From Candidatus Thorarchaeota archaeon (lineage in GTDB: Archaea > Asgardarchaeota > Thorarchaeia > Thorarchaeales > Thorarchaeaceae): a stretch of DNA of 64,000 bases. The notes under the pieces were generated by a model, which was not told where the DNA came from, made no database searches, and worked only from the letters and a program-made list of their open reading frames with translations. The stretch is taken from assembly GCA_048882045.1 (NCBI GenBank), contig JBHLRZ010000001.1:189171-253170 (forward strand). Direction: 5' to 3'. A program made the position numbers and the translations under genes. Shown here piece after piece: positions 1-9,798 of the stretch (within the stretch, counting starts at the first letter, position 1; the number at the start of each line of letters is the position of its first letter).

Positions 1-393
1 ACCCGAACTTGCCACAACATTGTCGACTCTATCAAGAAGGTCCTCAAAGGATCCCTCGCTATCAAACCTGAAGAATCCAATTAATGAGAACTCACCAACG
101 ACTCCATCTAATGACTCAAGTTCTTCCATCTGTAGTACTTTCTTACTTACATCTTGCTCTCGTGGATTACTTTTCATGAAGAGAACTGTGTTCCTTGCTG
201 TTTTCACTGTTGCAGGATTGATGATTGTTGTATAACCCCTTATCACCCCACTCTTCACAAGACTTCTGATCTTCCGTGAAACCCAGTTCCGGCTTTTTCC
301 AAGCAATTTTCCAATCACTTGAGGTGTGAATCTTGAATTTTGAACAAGAGCTTCGAGAAGACGTTGGTCTGTATCAGAAAGAATGTTTTGCAT
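1..393 (-). CDS. Lrp/AsnC family transcriptional regulator (partial, runs off window)
   Basis: Not in ORF track. Manual translation from ATG 393: MQNILSDTDQRLLEALVQNSRFTPQVIGKLLGKSRNWVSRKIRSLVKSGVIRGYTTIINP..., an AsnC-type HTH followed by a RAM-like domain; divergent from ahcY. Confidence 0.85.
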   Translation of the reverse strand, partial: MQNILSDTDQRLLEALVQNSRFTPQVIGKLLGKSRNWVSRKIRSLVKSGVIRGYTTIINPATVKTARNTVLFMKSNPREQDVSKKVLQMEELESLDGVVGEFSLIGFFRFDSEGSFEDLLDRVDNVVASSG

Positions 394-479
394 TATTATC
401 CCTCATTTGTGAAGCGAATCATTCCAAAATTCTATGATATATTCATATATTTTGTGATTTCAGCGGAGCTGTGATTAGA

Positions 480-1739
480 ATGACAAATTACAAGGTAAAA
501 GACATTGGACTTGCTGAAGAGGGGCGTATGCTGATCGAGTATGCCGAGAAGCACATGCCAGTGTTGATGCATCTTCGCAAGAAGTACTCAAAGTCCCAAC
601 CACTGAAGGGCATGAAGATTGCTGGGTGTCTTCATGTGACAAAGGAAACAGCAGTTCTTGTAGAAACACTTCGGGCTGCTGGAGCTGAGGTCGCATGGTC
701 GGGCTGTAATCCACTCTCCACAAACGACAAGGTAGCAGCTGGTCTGGCTGCTAATGATGTGCCAGTGTTTGCGTGGCATAATCTCAACACCGAGGAGTAC
801 TACTGGTGCATAGAGCAGACTTTGAAGACAGAGCCTACATTGACCCTTGATGATGGTGCAGATCTCATTTTTACACTTCACAACAAACACACAGAGCTCA
901 TTCCCAATCTGTATGGCGGTTCTGAAGAAACCACAACAGGTGTGATTCGAGTCCGTGCTATGGCAGATGATGGAGCTCTCAAGTATCCGATAATGGCTGT
1001 CAACGACGCAGATACAAAGCACCTGTTTGACAATGTATATGGGACTGGGCAGAGTGTCTTTGATGGCGTCATGAGAGCTTCAGCTATCCTGATTGCTGGA
1101 AAGACCGTTGTCATTGGTGGTTACGGCTACTGCGGTCGTGGAATGGCTGATCGTGCAAGAGGACTTGGTGCAAACGTAATCGTCACTGAAGTAGATCCTG
1201 TCCGTGCTCTGCAAGCACGAATGGATGGATTCAGAGTCATGAAGATGAGTGACGCTGCTCCTGAAGGAGACTTATTCCTCACAGCAACAGGAATGAAGGA
1301 TATTGTCACTGGTGAGCACTTCAAGGTCATGAAAGACGGTGCTATGTTTGGTAATGCTGGACACTATAATGTCGAGATAAACGAACCAGATCTCATTGCT
1401 CAGAGTAAAGGTCCGAAGAGGAGAGTTCGTCATGCTCTTGACGAGTATGAGCTCAAGGACGGTCGCCGCCTCTACTTATTGGGAGAGGGGCGATTGGTAA
1501 ACCTGGCTGCTGCAGAAGGACACCCAAGCGAGGTTATGGATCTCTCATTTGCATCTCAGTTGAACGCTATGATCTGGATGACCAAGCATGGTAAAGACCT
1601 CAAACCAGCGGTGTACGAGTTCCCTAAGGAACTGGACAACGAAACTGCATTGGCCAAACTCGAAACAATGGGCATCAGCATAGACCAATGGACAGAAGAG
1701 CAAGAACGCTATGCAAAAGCATACGCTGAAGGTACTTAG
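480..1739 (+). CDS. ahcY: Adenosylhomocysteinase (SAH hydrolase)
   Basis: Motifs GCLHVTKETAVL, SGCNPLST, EETTTG, KHLFDNVYGTGQS, GYGYCGRG, GRLVNLAAAEGHPSEVMD; ATG 480 preferred to GTG 471. Confidence 0.97.
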   Translation: MTNYKVKDIGLAEEGRMLIEYAEKHMPVLMHLRKKYSKSQPLKGMKIAGCLHVTKETAVLVETLRAAGAEVAWSGCNPLSTNDKVAAGLAANDVPVFAWHNLNTEEYYWCIEQTLKTEPTLTLDDGADLIFTLHNKHTELIPNLYGGSEETTTGVIRVRAMADDGALKYPIMAVNDADTKHLFDNVYGTGQSVFDGVMRASAILIAGKTVVIGGYGYCGRGMADRARGLGANVIVTEVDPVRALQARMDGFRVMKMSDAAPEGDLFLTATGMKDIVTGEHFKVMKDGAMFGNAGHYNVEINEPDLIAQSKGPKRRVRHALDEYELKDGRRLYLLGEGRLVNLAAAEGHPSEVMDLSFASQLNAMIWMTKHGKDLKPAVYEFPKELDNETALAKLETMGISIDQWTEEQERYAKAYAEGT

Positions 1740-1747
1740 AACAAAGT

Positions 1748-1783
1748 GAGTGGGACATGAATTCCCACTCGATCTTTTTCTTT
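1748..1783 (+). terminator. Hairpin plus T-rich tract after ahcY
   Basis: GAGTGGGA (1748-1755) / TCCCACTC (1763-1770) perfect stem followed by GATCTTTTTCTTT. Confidence 0.6.
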
Positions 1784-1934
1784 GCTTAAAAGTCTGATTT
1801 CATTTCTTGGTTCCATGAAGGTACTATTTGGATGATGTGCGTAAAGAATTAGAAAGAGAGATACTGAAACCCTTTCCCTTTTATTGTGCTGTTCACGTTC
1901 TATAATCATTTTATTATTCTAGGTTTGATATCAT

Positions 1935-2510
1935 ATGACTAAAATCAAGATTGATCAAAGATTTTCTCCCTATCAAATGCCAAGTGTGATTATAGGTACA
2001 ATCGTGAATGACCGGCCTAACTTCATGTTATGTACTTGGGCAAGTCGTGTTAATCGAAATCCACCTACGTGGATGGTTTCAATTAATACAAAACATTACA
2101 CGATGACTGGCATTAGAAAGAACAAAGTATTCAGTATGAATCTGCCTTCAGCCAATCTTATTCAGCTAGCTGATTACATAGGTACCAATTCGGGACGTGA
2201 AATAGACAAGTCTTCACTGTTTGAGATATTCTATGGTGAAACAAAAGCTCCAATGATAATGGAGTGTGTTCTCAATATGGAACTTGAGGTTATGCAGATA
2301 ATAGAACTGCCGGATCACTTCGTGGTTCTGGGGACTGCTGTGACTTCCTATGTTGATGATAGGAATATGACCGATAACAAACCAGACTTGAAGAAGATGA
2401 ATCCTGTTGTTTACACCGGGGCTGAAAAGCAACCAACATATTGGACGCTTGGTGAAAAGATTGGAGATGCTTTTAAACTGGGAAAAGAATTCAAGGGACT
2501 CAAAACCTGA
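1935..2510 (+). CDS. Flavin reductase (flavoredoxin-like) family protein
   Basis: PNFMLCTW, HYTMTGI..NKVFSMNLP, ADYIGTNSGREIDKS, APMIMEC, DHFVVLG; paralogue of 58221-58778. Confidence 0.88.
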   Translation: MTKIKIDQRFSPYQMPSVIIGTIVNDRPNFMLCTWASRVNRNPPTWMVSINTKHYTMTGIRKNKVFSMNLPSANLIQLADYIGTNSGREIDKSSLFEIFYGETKAPMIMECVLNMELEVMQIIELPDHFVVLGTAVTSYVDDRNMTDNKPDLKKMNPVVYTGAEKQPTYWTLGEKIGDAFKLGKEFKGLKT

Positions 2511-2535
2511 GGAGAGAATAGTTGTAGAAGGTTAA

Positions 2536-2795
2536 TCAGGAAGAGTTCTTTCTATTGTCGCCCTTAGGTCCCTTTTCCTTCCTTCGTTTTAGTTTGAGGG
2601 TTGTGACCATTCCTTTCTCCTTGAGGTCCTTCTTGGATATATCTCCTTCTGACATAGAGAAGAATTTACTTCCATATTGCTTCACTTTCTCCCAATCTAT
2701 GGGGAAGCCTAGACCAGGTTCCTGTGGAATCTTTAAAAACCATCAGAGGGTATGATAGATAATGTGAGGATACCATCTCTGAATTCAGGTGTCCA
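2536..2795 (-). pseudogene. 3' fragment of the enolase-superfamily gene at 3866-5104
   Basis: Colinear with about 3866-4105; 2770-2795 identical to 4080-4105; 1-nt deletion near 2735; no 5' part. Confidence 0.85.
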
Positions 2796-3011
2796 AGCGA
2801 GGTTATGGATCTCTGATTTGCATCTCAGTTGAACACGATGATCTGGATGGCAAAGAAAGGTAAGGACCTCAAACCGGCCGTCTATGAGTTTCCGAAGGAG
2901 CTTGACAATGTAACAGCCATGGCAAAATTGGAAACCATGAGAATCTCCATTGACAAGTGGACCGAAGAACAGGAGCGATATGCCAAAGCATACGCACAGG
3001 TACTTAATTGA
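2793..3011 (+). pseudogene. ahcY: 3' fragment of ahcY
   Basis: Colinear with 1524-1739; TCA>TGA nonsense at 2814-2816 and 1-nt frameshift near the end. Confidence 0.88.
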
Positions 3012-3185
3012 GAGAAAGGATCTATAGAGAGTATTCTTTCTCTAATTTCCTTATCATTTTTCCCCAAGATCAGAGTTAAACATCATCCAAGATTGTGCTT
3101 TCTCATATTTCGTGACATAATTTTGTTGACCCAACAATAGCCAGCTGATAGTATCCATTCTACCAGTTGCGGAGTCGAATCTGTA

Positions 3186-3821
3186 TCATTCGATTTCAAT
3201 TCCAGCAGAATCAGAAGACTCCTCTCGAACCATCTCAGCTAATAATCTGATACGTACGCGGCCATGGTACTTCTTGAGGAGTCTGTTTGACGGATCTAGA
3301 ACCACTGCCTGTCCGATAGATTTGTCAGCATCCAGAAATCGCTCAAACCCGTAAAGAAGACCACCAAGCATCCACCAAGCATCAGAAAAACTCGGGTCAT
3401 ATTCGAGCGCTTTTCTTAGGACCTTCTCGGATTCAATCATCTCATCAAGAAAAGCATTTGTTGATGCCCATAATCGCCAAGAGTCAAGATCATTCGGATT
3501 CTTCTTTGTCTGTTTCTTGGCAGTCTTCATCATCTTCCTCAACTCTTTGGGTGTGAGGTGAAGGGGATCCTGATTTAAAATTTTGAACAAGATGTGATTG
3601 AATGGCAGTAACATCAGCATTCTTTCTCGAACCTCTACACGCACAAAATACCTACCGAATACTTCTTGCATCTGCCGCGATGTAAGAGGGACTCCAACTT
3701 GATACCGATGTCTTGGTTCGACATGCTGCCAAGCTTTTGACATCAAGCTCTTCACAAGTAGAATTTCAGGATTCCTGAAGAAGTCTTCAGGGATGTCTTG
3801 TATTTCGAGGAAGTCATACAC
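3186..3821 (-). CDS. Tetratricopeptide repeat protein
   Basis: C-terminal TPR-like units: LRKALEYDPSFSDAWWMLGGLL...ADKSIGQAVVLDPSN. Confidence 0.7.
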   Translation of the reverse strand: MYDFLEIQDIPEDFFRNPEILLVKSLMSKAWQHVEPRHRYQVGVPLTSRQMQEVFGRYFVRVEVRERMLMLLPFNHILFKILNQDPLHLTPKELRKMMKTAKKQTKKNPNDLDSWRLWASTNAFLDEMIESEKVLRKALEYDPSFSDAWWMLGGLLYGFERFLDADKSIGQAVVLDPSNRLLKKYHGRVRIRLLAEMVREESSDSAGIEIE

Positions 3822-3865
3822 GAAAATCCCTCTTTATGTTCTAACGGTTGCATCTTCCTCTGTTA

Positions 3866-5104
3866 TCATCCCTTCGACTCCTTGTCCTTTCTTCTCTTGA
3901 GTTTGAGAGCTGTGACCATTCCTTTCTCCTTGAGGACCTTCTTGGATAAGTCGCCTTCAGACATAGAGAAAAATTTCCGCCCAAATCGCCTGACTTTCTC
4001 CCAGTCAATGGGAAGACCAAGACCAGGTCCTTGTGGAAGGTCCAAGTAGCCATCAGATGGAATGATGGGAGATACGAGTATACCATCTCTGAATTCAGGT
4101 GTCCATGATCCAGGTTCATGTGGATATTCCAGGGGCTGTTCTCCACCTGTCAATGCATGGACATGCATGTTTGTCATGAGACCAAGTCCGTTGGTCCAAG
4201 TGTGAGGGCTGAAGCCAAGTCCTTTGCTTGTTGCGGCCTCAAGTGTCTTCAGAGTATCTTTGAAACCAAAAACAGTGACGTCAGGTTGATAGATGTCGAA
4301 ACTATCGAAATGAAGGAACATTCGAGCCTCATGCCATCCCGCATTGAGTTCAGCACCTGCTAACTTGATGGGACTGTATTTTCTGAGCTCTGCCATTTCC
4401 TCGTATGCATGCCAGTCGAGGGGCTCTTCTAACCAGTGAATATTCTGATCACTCACACCATCGACGAATTTCTTTGCTCGGGCTAGGTTCCAGAGGGGAG
4501 GTCTGTCTACAATGGTCACAGCCCAACCTTGGTTCGCATCGACCATCAGTGGGAAGTCTGGGTCTATCAGCGACCGAGTGTCGCGTATTGCTTTGATGTC
4601 TTCTTCAATGGTCTTTGACTTCACACGAAGCTTGACTCCTTTGTAGCCTTCTTCATGTGCCTGTCTGGCTATCTTTGCATGATGCTTCGGATCGCACACA
4701 GAACCTGTGGACCAATAGACTGGAATAGGTTTGTCCTTTCCCCCAAGCATCTTCCAGACAGGAACATCCTCGGACTGAGCCTTGATATCATAGAACGCTG
4801 CTTCCATCCAGTAGTTTCTCCATCCTAAGTAGGATGCCTCTTTGATTCTCTGGTGTGCCAAATCAAGGTCACAAGGATCCACTCCAAGAACATAGGGAGC
4901 TAGTAAACCACCAAGACCTTCTCGCTCCTCCCCAAATGCCACACCTGCAGCGTTTCCAGTCAGACCTGTATCTGTTGTCAGTTGGAGGAGGGTGAATCGA
5001 TTGTGGGTCTGTGGATATCCCGGTATCCAAGAAGAATAGAATGGTTTCTTGAGTGGGATTGAAATGTGATACATGTCGACCTGTGTTATCTTCATACGAC
5101 GCAC
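3866..5104 (-). CDS. Mandelate racemase/muconate lactonizing enzyme family protein
   Basis: MKITQVD N-terminus, KxR (VKLRV), DANQG, WLEEP, GAE, YQPD and PHTW motifs. Confidence 0.92.
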   Translation of the reverse strand: MRRMKITQVDMYHISIPLKKPFYSSWIPGYPQTHNRFTLLQLTTDTGLTGNAAGVAFGEEREGLGGLLAPYVLGVDPCDLDLAHQRIKEASYLGWRNYWMEAAFYDIKAQSEDVPVWKMLGGKDKPIPVYWSTGSVCDPKHHAKIARQAHEEGYKGVKLRVKSKTIEEDIKAIRDTRSLIDPDFPLMVDANQGWAVTIVDRPPLWNLARAKKFVDGVSDQNIHWLEEPLDWHAYEEMAELRKYSPIKLAGAELNAGWHEARMFLHFDSFDIYQPDVTVFGFKDTLKTLEAATSKGLGFSPHTWTNGLGLMTNMHVHALTGGEQPLEYPHEPGSWTPEFRDGILVSPIIPSDGYLDLPQGPGLGLPIDWEKVRRFGRKFFSMSEGDLSKKVLKEKGMVTALKLKRRKDKESKG

Positions 5105-5137
5105 CTTCTTCGTCTATAGTAGAGTCGGATTTTCGGA

Positions 5138-6031
5138 TTACGGGGCAGTGTGCTGCAACAGTTCTTGGAGTATCTTTGGTACGACCTCGGTAGGAAAGCT
5201 GTGTCCCATCCCTTCGATGATGACTAGCTTTGAATCAGGAATGCTCTTTGCGGTGTCCTTTCCAGCTTCTACTGGAACCAATGGATCTACATTGCCGTGA
5301 ATGACTAGTGTTGGGATATGCACCTTACCTAGTTCCTCATTTCGACTTCCAGAAGTGAGGACAGCTCCCAACTGCCTAGAAAATCCTGCGGGATTGTAGC
5401 ATCTGTCATATTGAACTCCCGCCCACTCCCGGACATAATCCTCATCCAATGGATATGTCGGCCCGTGAAGTACCTTTGCAGATTTCAGAGTGTTTGTGAT
5501 GTAATCATCTCGATTAGCTACTGGAGGTGCAAGCAGAATCGCCATGGCTTCAGGCTTTGGCTGTGGTAAGTTTGGATTACCTGTTGAAGACATGATGGAA
5601 GTGAGAGTTCGCACTCGATCAGGATAATTAATCGCAATCATCTGAGCTATCATGCCGCCCATAGACACCCCTACAATGTCTGCCTCTTTGATTCCAAGTT
5701 CATCAAGTAGACCTACAGCATCAGCTGCCATATCATTCAGTTTGTATGGAGTTTCAACTGGTTGTCCCTGCACAAGGGCCATAATATCAGGAACACCAGC
5801 CTCATCAAACTTTGTTGACAACCCTACATCACGGTTATCAAAGCGAATCACATATCGTCCCTGTGCTGCAATCGCCTTACAAAATGCTTCGTCCCATCGA
5901 ATCATCTGAGCCCCCAGTCCCATGACTAGTAACATTGGTGGACTTGATGGATTTCCAAATGTGTCATAGGTGATTTCTACGTCACCAACCTTTGCAGTCT
6001 TTTCACCACTATATGGTATTTCTGTCAACAT
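5138..6031 (-). CDS. Alpha/beta hydrolase
   Basis: RFDNRDVGLS, GVSMGG nucleophile elbow, PTLVIHG..DPLVP, GMGH. Confidence 0.92.
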   Translation of the reverse strand: MLTEIPYSGEKTAKVGDVEITYDTFGNPSSPPMLLVMGLGAQMIRWDEAFCKAIAAQGRYVIRFDNRDVGLSTKFDEAGVPDIMALVQGQPVETPYKLNDMAADAVGLLDELGIKEADIVGVSMGGMIAQMIAINYPDRVRTLTSIMSSTGNPNLPQPKPEAMAILLAPPVANRDDYITNTLKSAKVLHGPTYPLDEDYVREWAGVQYDRCYNPAGFSRQLGAVLTSGSRNEELGKVHIPTLVIHGNVDPLVPVEAGKDTAKSIPDSKLVIIEGMGHSFPTEVVPKILQELLQHTAP

Positions 6032-6135
6032 TTGTCGCCTCCTAAGAATACAGTGATGCCTTTACTCATCGCACCCTATCTATCTTTCCAATAACCAGTA
6101 TGGATATTGATATTAGAGTAAAGTATGACTCGAGT

Positions 6136-7332
6136 CTAAATCTCAGTTACCTTGAGGGGAGTTTTTGCTAAGACCTCGGATCCTGACTTCGTGATCAAGA
6201 TTGGTGCTTCGTATCTGAAACCAATCTCATCCTCTGGAACCATGAATTGCATAGCGCAGATCACCAACTGGTCGGGTTCATAGATGTGGTCCGGATCAGT
6301 CCAATAAGGCATCGGGCCTGTGTTCAATCCAATACGCCACTCATCTCCCATGACTCCGATTCCGTGTTCAAATCCAGGAACAAGGTACTGTGCTATCCCT
6401 TTCTCTTCTGTCCAATCCATCATCTCATCAGCCATTTTGCCCGGAGTCATTCCTGGAACATACATCTCTTCTATGACTTTGGTAATAGTTTCAATGAAGT
6501 AATCAGCGAGCTCTCTCTGTCTGTCTGTAACCGGAGAGAGAAGATAGTTGTGAGAATGATCGCCTAAACCCAGCATGAACATAGCGTGCAGGTCAACCAT
6601 AAGAGGTTCCCCCTTCACAGTTTCACGTCGGGTAGCAGGTGTACAGGCACCCATTGGATATGATGTCCGATAACCAGATGCTATTTCATTACCTGCAGTG
6701 AAGCTCCATGACCATTCGCTTCCAGCCTTCCTCATGGCAGCCTCTGCTATACCCGCTATTTCGGTTTCAGTCATGCCAACCTCGAATTGGTCGAGTACAG
6801 CCTTGTGTCCTATGTCTACGATGTCGGATGCTTTCCTGAACCGATTGACAGTACCCTTATCCTTCTTCATGGAGAGTTCGTCAATGATGTCTATGGACTG
6901 AACAAACTCAACATCTGGAAGAGCAGCCTTCAACATCTTGAACTCTTCTGCTGTGAGGTTACCTTCAGGAAGATAACAAGACATTCCATGCTCTACACCG
7001 ACTCTTCTATTTCCAGAGGATGCGAGGTATTCTGAAACTGCATCTGAAATCACATCTATCTGGTGACCGCCACCGAGAGGTCCAAATCCTCTCACGTCGT
7101 CTAACCAGCTATCATCCCTCACTCTCTCTGCATCAATGACGAAGGTATAGATTGTTGGTTCCCCAGCCTGTGGTATGATGATGAATGATCGCCAAGGACA
7201 GAAGACATCACCGACATAGCTAATTGTTCTGAGTCGAGAACCAAGGAGAACTGGAATATCTAGGTCTTGCATCTTGTCTTGGACTGCTGAGAGGCGTTTC
7301 TTATGGTCAATTGAATAGTCATAGTTCGTCAT
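6136..7332 (-). CDS. M24 (Xaa-Pro peptidase/creatinase) family protein
   Basis: Creatinase-like N domain; GMTETEIA, LMVDL...GD, EHGIG, GFRYE..LITKSGSEVL. Confidence 0.85.
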   Translation of the reverse strand: MTNYDYSIDHKKRLSAVQDKMQDLDIPVLLGSRLRTISYVGDVFCPWRSFIIIPQAGEPTIYTFVIDAERVRDDSWLDDVRGFGPLGGGHQIDVISDAVSEYLASSGNRRVGVEHGMSCYLPEGNLTAEEFKMLKAALPDVEFVQSIDIIDELSMKKDKGTVNRFRKASDIVDIGHKAVLDQFEVGMTETEIAGIAEAAMRKAGSEWSWSFTAGNEIASGYRTSYPMGACTPATRRETVKGEPLMVDLHAMFMLGLGDHSHNYLLSPVTDRQRELADYFIETITKVIEEMYVPGMTPGKMADEMMDWTEEKGIAQYLVPGFEHGIGVMGDEWRIGLNTGPMPYWTDPDHIYEPDQLVICAMQFMVPEDEIGFRYEAPILITKSGSEVLAKTPLKVTEI

Positions 7333-7341
7333 AAATGCACC

Positions 7342-7761
7342 TCAGTAGTCGGTAGGGACCCTTGCGATTATCTTGTTCAACTTGTCAACCACACTGGACA
7401 GACGTAGAGCCTTTACCATGTTCCCCTTCAGCTTGATTCTATTGCGCATCAGGGCTGATCTTGCACCGAGCTCGGCTTTCGAGATTTTGGCAAACGTATC
7501 ATACTCCCCAATGATTCTGAACTCGGGATTCTTAGACGCAACTTCATCATCATCTGTACCAACCAGCCCCTCAGCTAATAGTCCATCTTCAAAGCGGAAG
7601 TACATGTAGCGTCTTTTTCCATCGGGACAGTTCTCAACTATATTGACCATTGAGGAGGAAACGTGTTTCATCTCCTCAGAAGTAAGGTTTTCTTTTACAA
7701 GCTCTATTACAGCATCCATCCATTCCTGTGAGAGATATTTCAGATTCTCAGACATTTTCAA
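7342..7761 (-). CDS. SCP2 sterol-binding domain protein
   Basis: YLSQEW N-terminus; ALMRNRIKLKGNMVKALRL SCP2-like C-terminus. Confidence 0.8.
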   Translation of the reverse strand: MKMSENLKYLSQEWMDAVIELVKENLTSEEMKHVSSSMVNIVENCPDGKRRYMYFRFEDGLLAEGLVGTDDDEVASKNPEFRIIGEYDTFAKISKAELGARSALMRNRIKLKGNMVKALRLSSVVDKLNKIIARVPTDY

Positions 7762-7838
7762 CGCATCCGTGATTTGTCGTAACTCTCTCTGGAAAAGTGG
7801 TGATAGAAATAGATTACTACAGACACAGTTGGGTGGGA

Positions 7839-8654
7839 TTACTTCTTGCTCTCTTTGGGTGCCTTTACCCGTGATGCAACATCTACACCATCATTCTCAG
7901 CCATTCTAAGAAGAAGAGGAATGAGGGAAAGATCGATGGAAACGAGGTAGGCTAGTTTCTTGTGTGTGTAAGTCCTAGCGCCACTAGAAAGCAGCTCCCA
8001 GAGTCGGCGGTATGAGTACTTCAATTTGTGATAGTCGTTCTTAAGCATACTAAACCCATTCGGACTTTCGAGTGCATCCTTGATGATTTGCTCATAGTAT
8101 GATGTATCAATATCTATGCCCTCTGAAATAAAGGTCCCATATTGTAAATCATAGATTGTAGGCCTCATGCCAGTCACATAATCAATCTCATCAAAGGTAA
8201 TCACGAAAGAGGCGGGTTTCTCTTCTTCTGTGAACAAGGAATCAATCTGGTCCTTCACAACTCGACCAATGCTCTTGTTCTTGTGAATGAGATAAAACGA
8301 ATTTCCGGCAATGAGTTGAGCGGAAATGTGAGCAAATGCCTTGATTGCTTGATCCTGTTTGTCACCAAAAGAGCTAATGAAGGATTTGAGGTCAAGAGTG
8401 TCCTCCTGCAACTTGACCTCCTTGTCTGGCTTGGTCTCTGTAGCTTGTTTTAGTGTTGGATATTCAACTCCCCTAGCCTTTAGATTCATGTCCAAGTAGA
8501 CCATGATTGCATGAGAGGGGTCACCATGGACCGAGATGACTGAGATGAGTCCAGTCTTGGCTCTCTCCATATCTTCTGCAGATATTTCTAGAGGAACGTT
8601 CTGTTGACATTCGTTACAGAAGACGTATACCTCCTTTGGCTCAGACTCGACCAT
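7839..8654 (-). CDS. Hypothetical protein with N-terminal CxxC...H-x4-H Zn-binding module and possible DENN-like domain
   Basis: FCNEC...HGDPSH; 271-aa ORF that fits the gene packing. Confidence 0.6.
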   Translation of the reverse strand: MVESEPKEVYVFCNECQQNVPLEISAEDMERAKTGLISVISVHGDPSHAIMVYLDMNLKARGVEYPTLKQATETKPDKEVKLQEDTLDLKSFISSFGDKQDQAIKAFAHISAQLIAGNSFYLIHKNKSIGRVVKDQIDSLFTEEEKPASFVITFDEIDYVTGMRPTIYDLQYGTFISEGIDIDTSYYEQIIKDALESPNGFSMLKNDYHKLKYSYRRLWELLSSGARTYTHKKLAYLVSIDLSLIPLLLRMAENDGVDVASRVKAPKESKK

Positions 8655-8729
8655 ACTGGTTGACTAGACGAGACTCTTGATAATAAGTCATATTCGCATC
8701 TCATCGATAATACACACGTGCCTCAGAGG

Positions 8730-9257
8730 TTAGGTCAGTTTTAGTTTGAATGTCTTCTCAAACTTCTTGAGCTTGGGAGCAATCACGACTCGACAATATC
8801 CCTGGCTCGGATTGTTTCTGTAGTAGTTCTGATGGTAGTCTTCCGCTTGGAAGAACTTCTCGAATGAAGCTATCTCGGTCACAATTGGACTCTTCCAAGT
8901 CCCACTATCATCGAGATCTTTCTTGACCCGTTCAGCAATTTCCCTCTGTTCTTCGCTATGGTAGAATATGACGGACCGATACTGTGTTCCAACGTCATTT
9001 CCTTGACGGTTGAGGGTTGTAGGGTCATGAGTATTGAAAAAGACTTCAAGCAATTCCTCATATGAAATCTGTCCAGGATCGAACTGAATCTGACAGACTT
9101 CAGCATGTCCTGTTCTTCCTGTTGTGACTTGTTGATATGAGGGGTTTTCTACGTGTCCACCGGAATATCCTGATGTGACTGATTCAACACCCTTCAATTG
9201 CTGAAACACTGCTTCAGTACACCAGAAGCATCCTGATCCAAGAGTAGTAGTTTCCAT
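8730..9257 (-). CDS. msrA: Peptide-methionine (S)-S-oxide reductase
   Basis: GSGCFWCTE, GYSGG, TGHAEV, HDPTTLNRQGNDVGTQYRS, AEDYHQNY. Confidence 0.97.
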   Translation of the reverse strand: METTTLGSGCFWCTEAVFQQLKGVESVTSGYSGGHVENPSYQQVTTGRTGHAEVCQIQFDPGQISYEELLEVFFNTHDPTTLNRQGNDVGTQYRSVIFYHSEEQREIAERVKKDLDDSGTWKSPIVTEIASFEKFFQAEDYHQNYYRNNPSQGYCRVVIAPKLKKFEKTFKLKLT

Positions 9258-9351
9258 ACTATTGTCTTCGCGTTTGTACTAATCAACTAGTGGAAAGAGG
9301 AAATGAAATGTAACCCAAAGATTTTCACACTTTATGTGCAATAGTAATAGT

Positions 9352-9798
9352 ATGACTCTCGATTATGATCTGATGCAGCGACTAGTAGAAGACCTCAATG
9401 TGGGAATTTGTGTCCTCGATAAGGACGACAATATTGTGGTATTCAATCGTAAGGCCGGTGAGCAATTACACCAAGACAATAAGAGCCGAATCAGTTCATC
9501 CATTTTACGCTGTCATCCAGAACGGGCTGAAGCAGGAGTACTCAAGATGATTGGGGAGCTGAAGAGTGGGAAACTCGAAAAGTACGAGGGGTGGGTCCAT
9601 TTCATTGGTAGACATTTCTATGAGTACATCTATCCCATCAAAGACGACAATGGTAAGTATCTTGCAACTGTGATGGAGCTACATGATGCTGCTGAGAGAG
9701 CAGAATATCTTAGAATAACTGAAGGCTGGAATCCCCCAGAAGAGCACGGACTCGGAGAGAGCTCACCAAGGGCGCCATTTCCTAAGAAGTTCAAGTAA
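9352..9798 (+). CDS. Stand-alone PAS domain protein
   Basis: GICVLDKDDNIVVFN, CHP motif, YPIKDDNGKYLATVME; ORF can extend to 9334. Confidence 0.8.
   Translation: MTLDYDLMQRLVEDLNVGICVLDKDDNIVVFNRKAGEQLHQDNKSRISSSILRCHPERAEAGVLKMIGELKSGKLEKYEGWVHFIGRHFYEYIYPIKDDNGKYLATVMELHDAAERAEYLRITEGWNPPEEHGLGESSPRAPFPKKFK

Noticed and set aside
2814-2816. In-frame TGA in the ahcY copy as selenocysteine
   Set aside because: It replaces Ser (TCA) in a 5'-truncated, frameshifted fragment.
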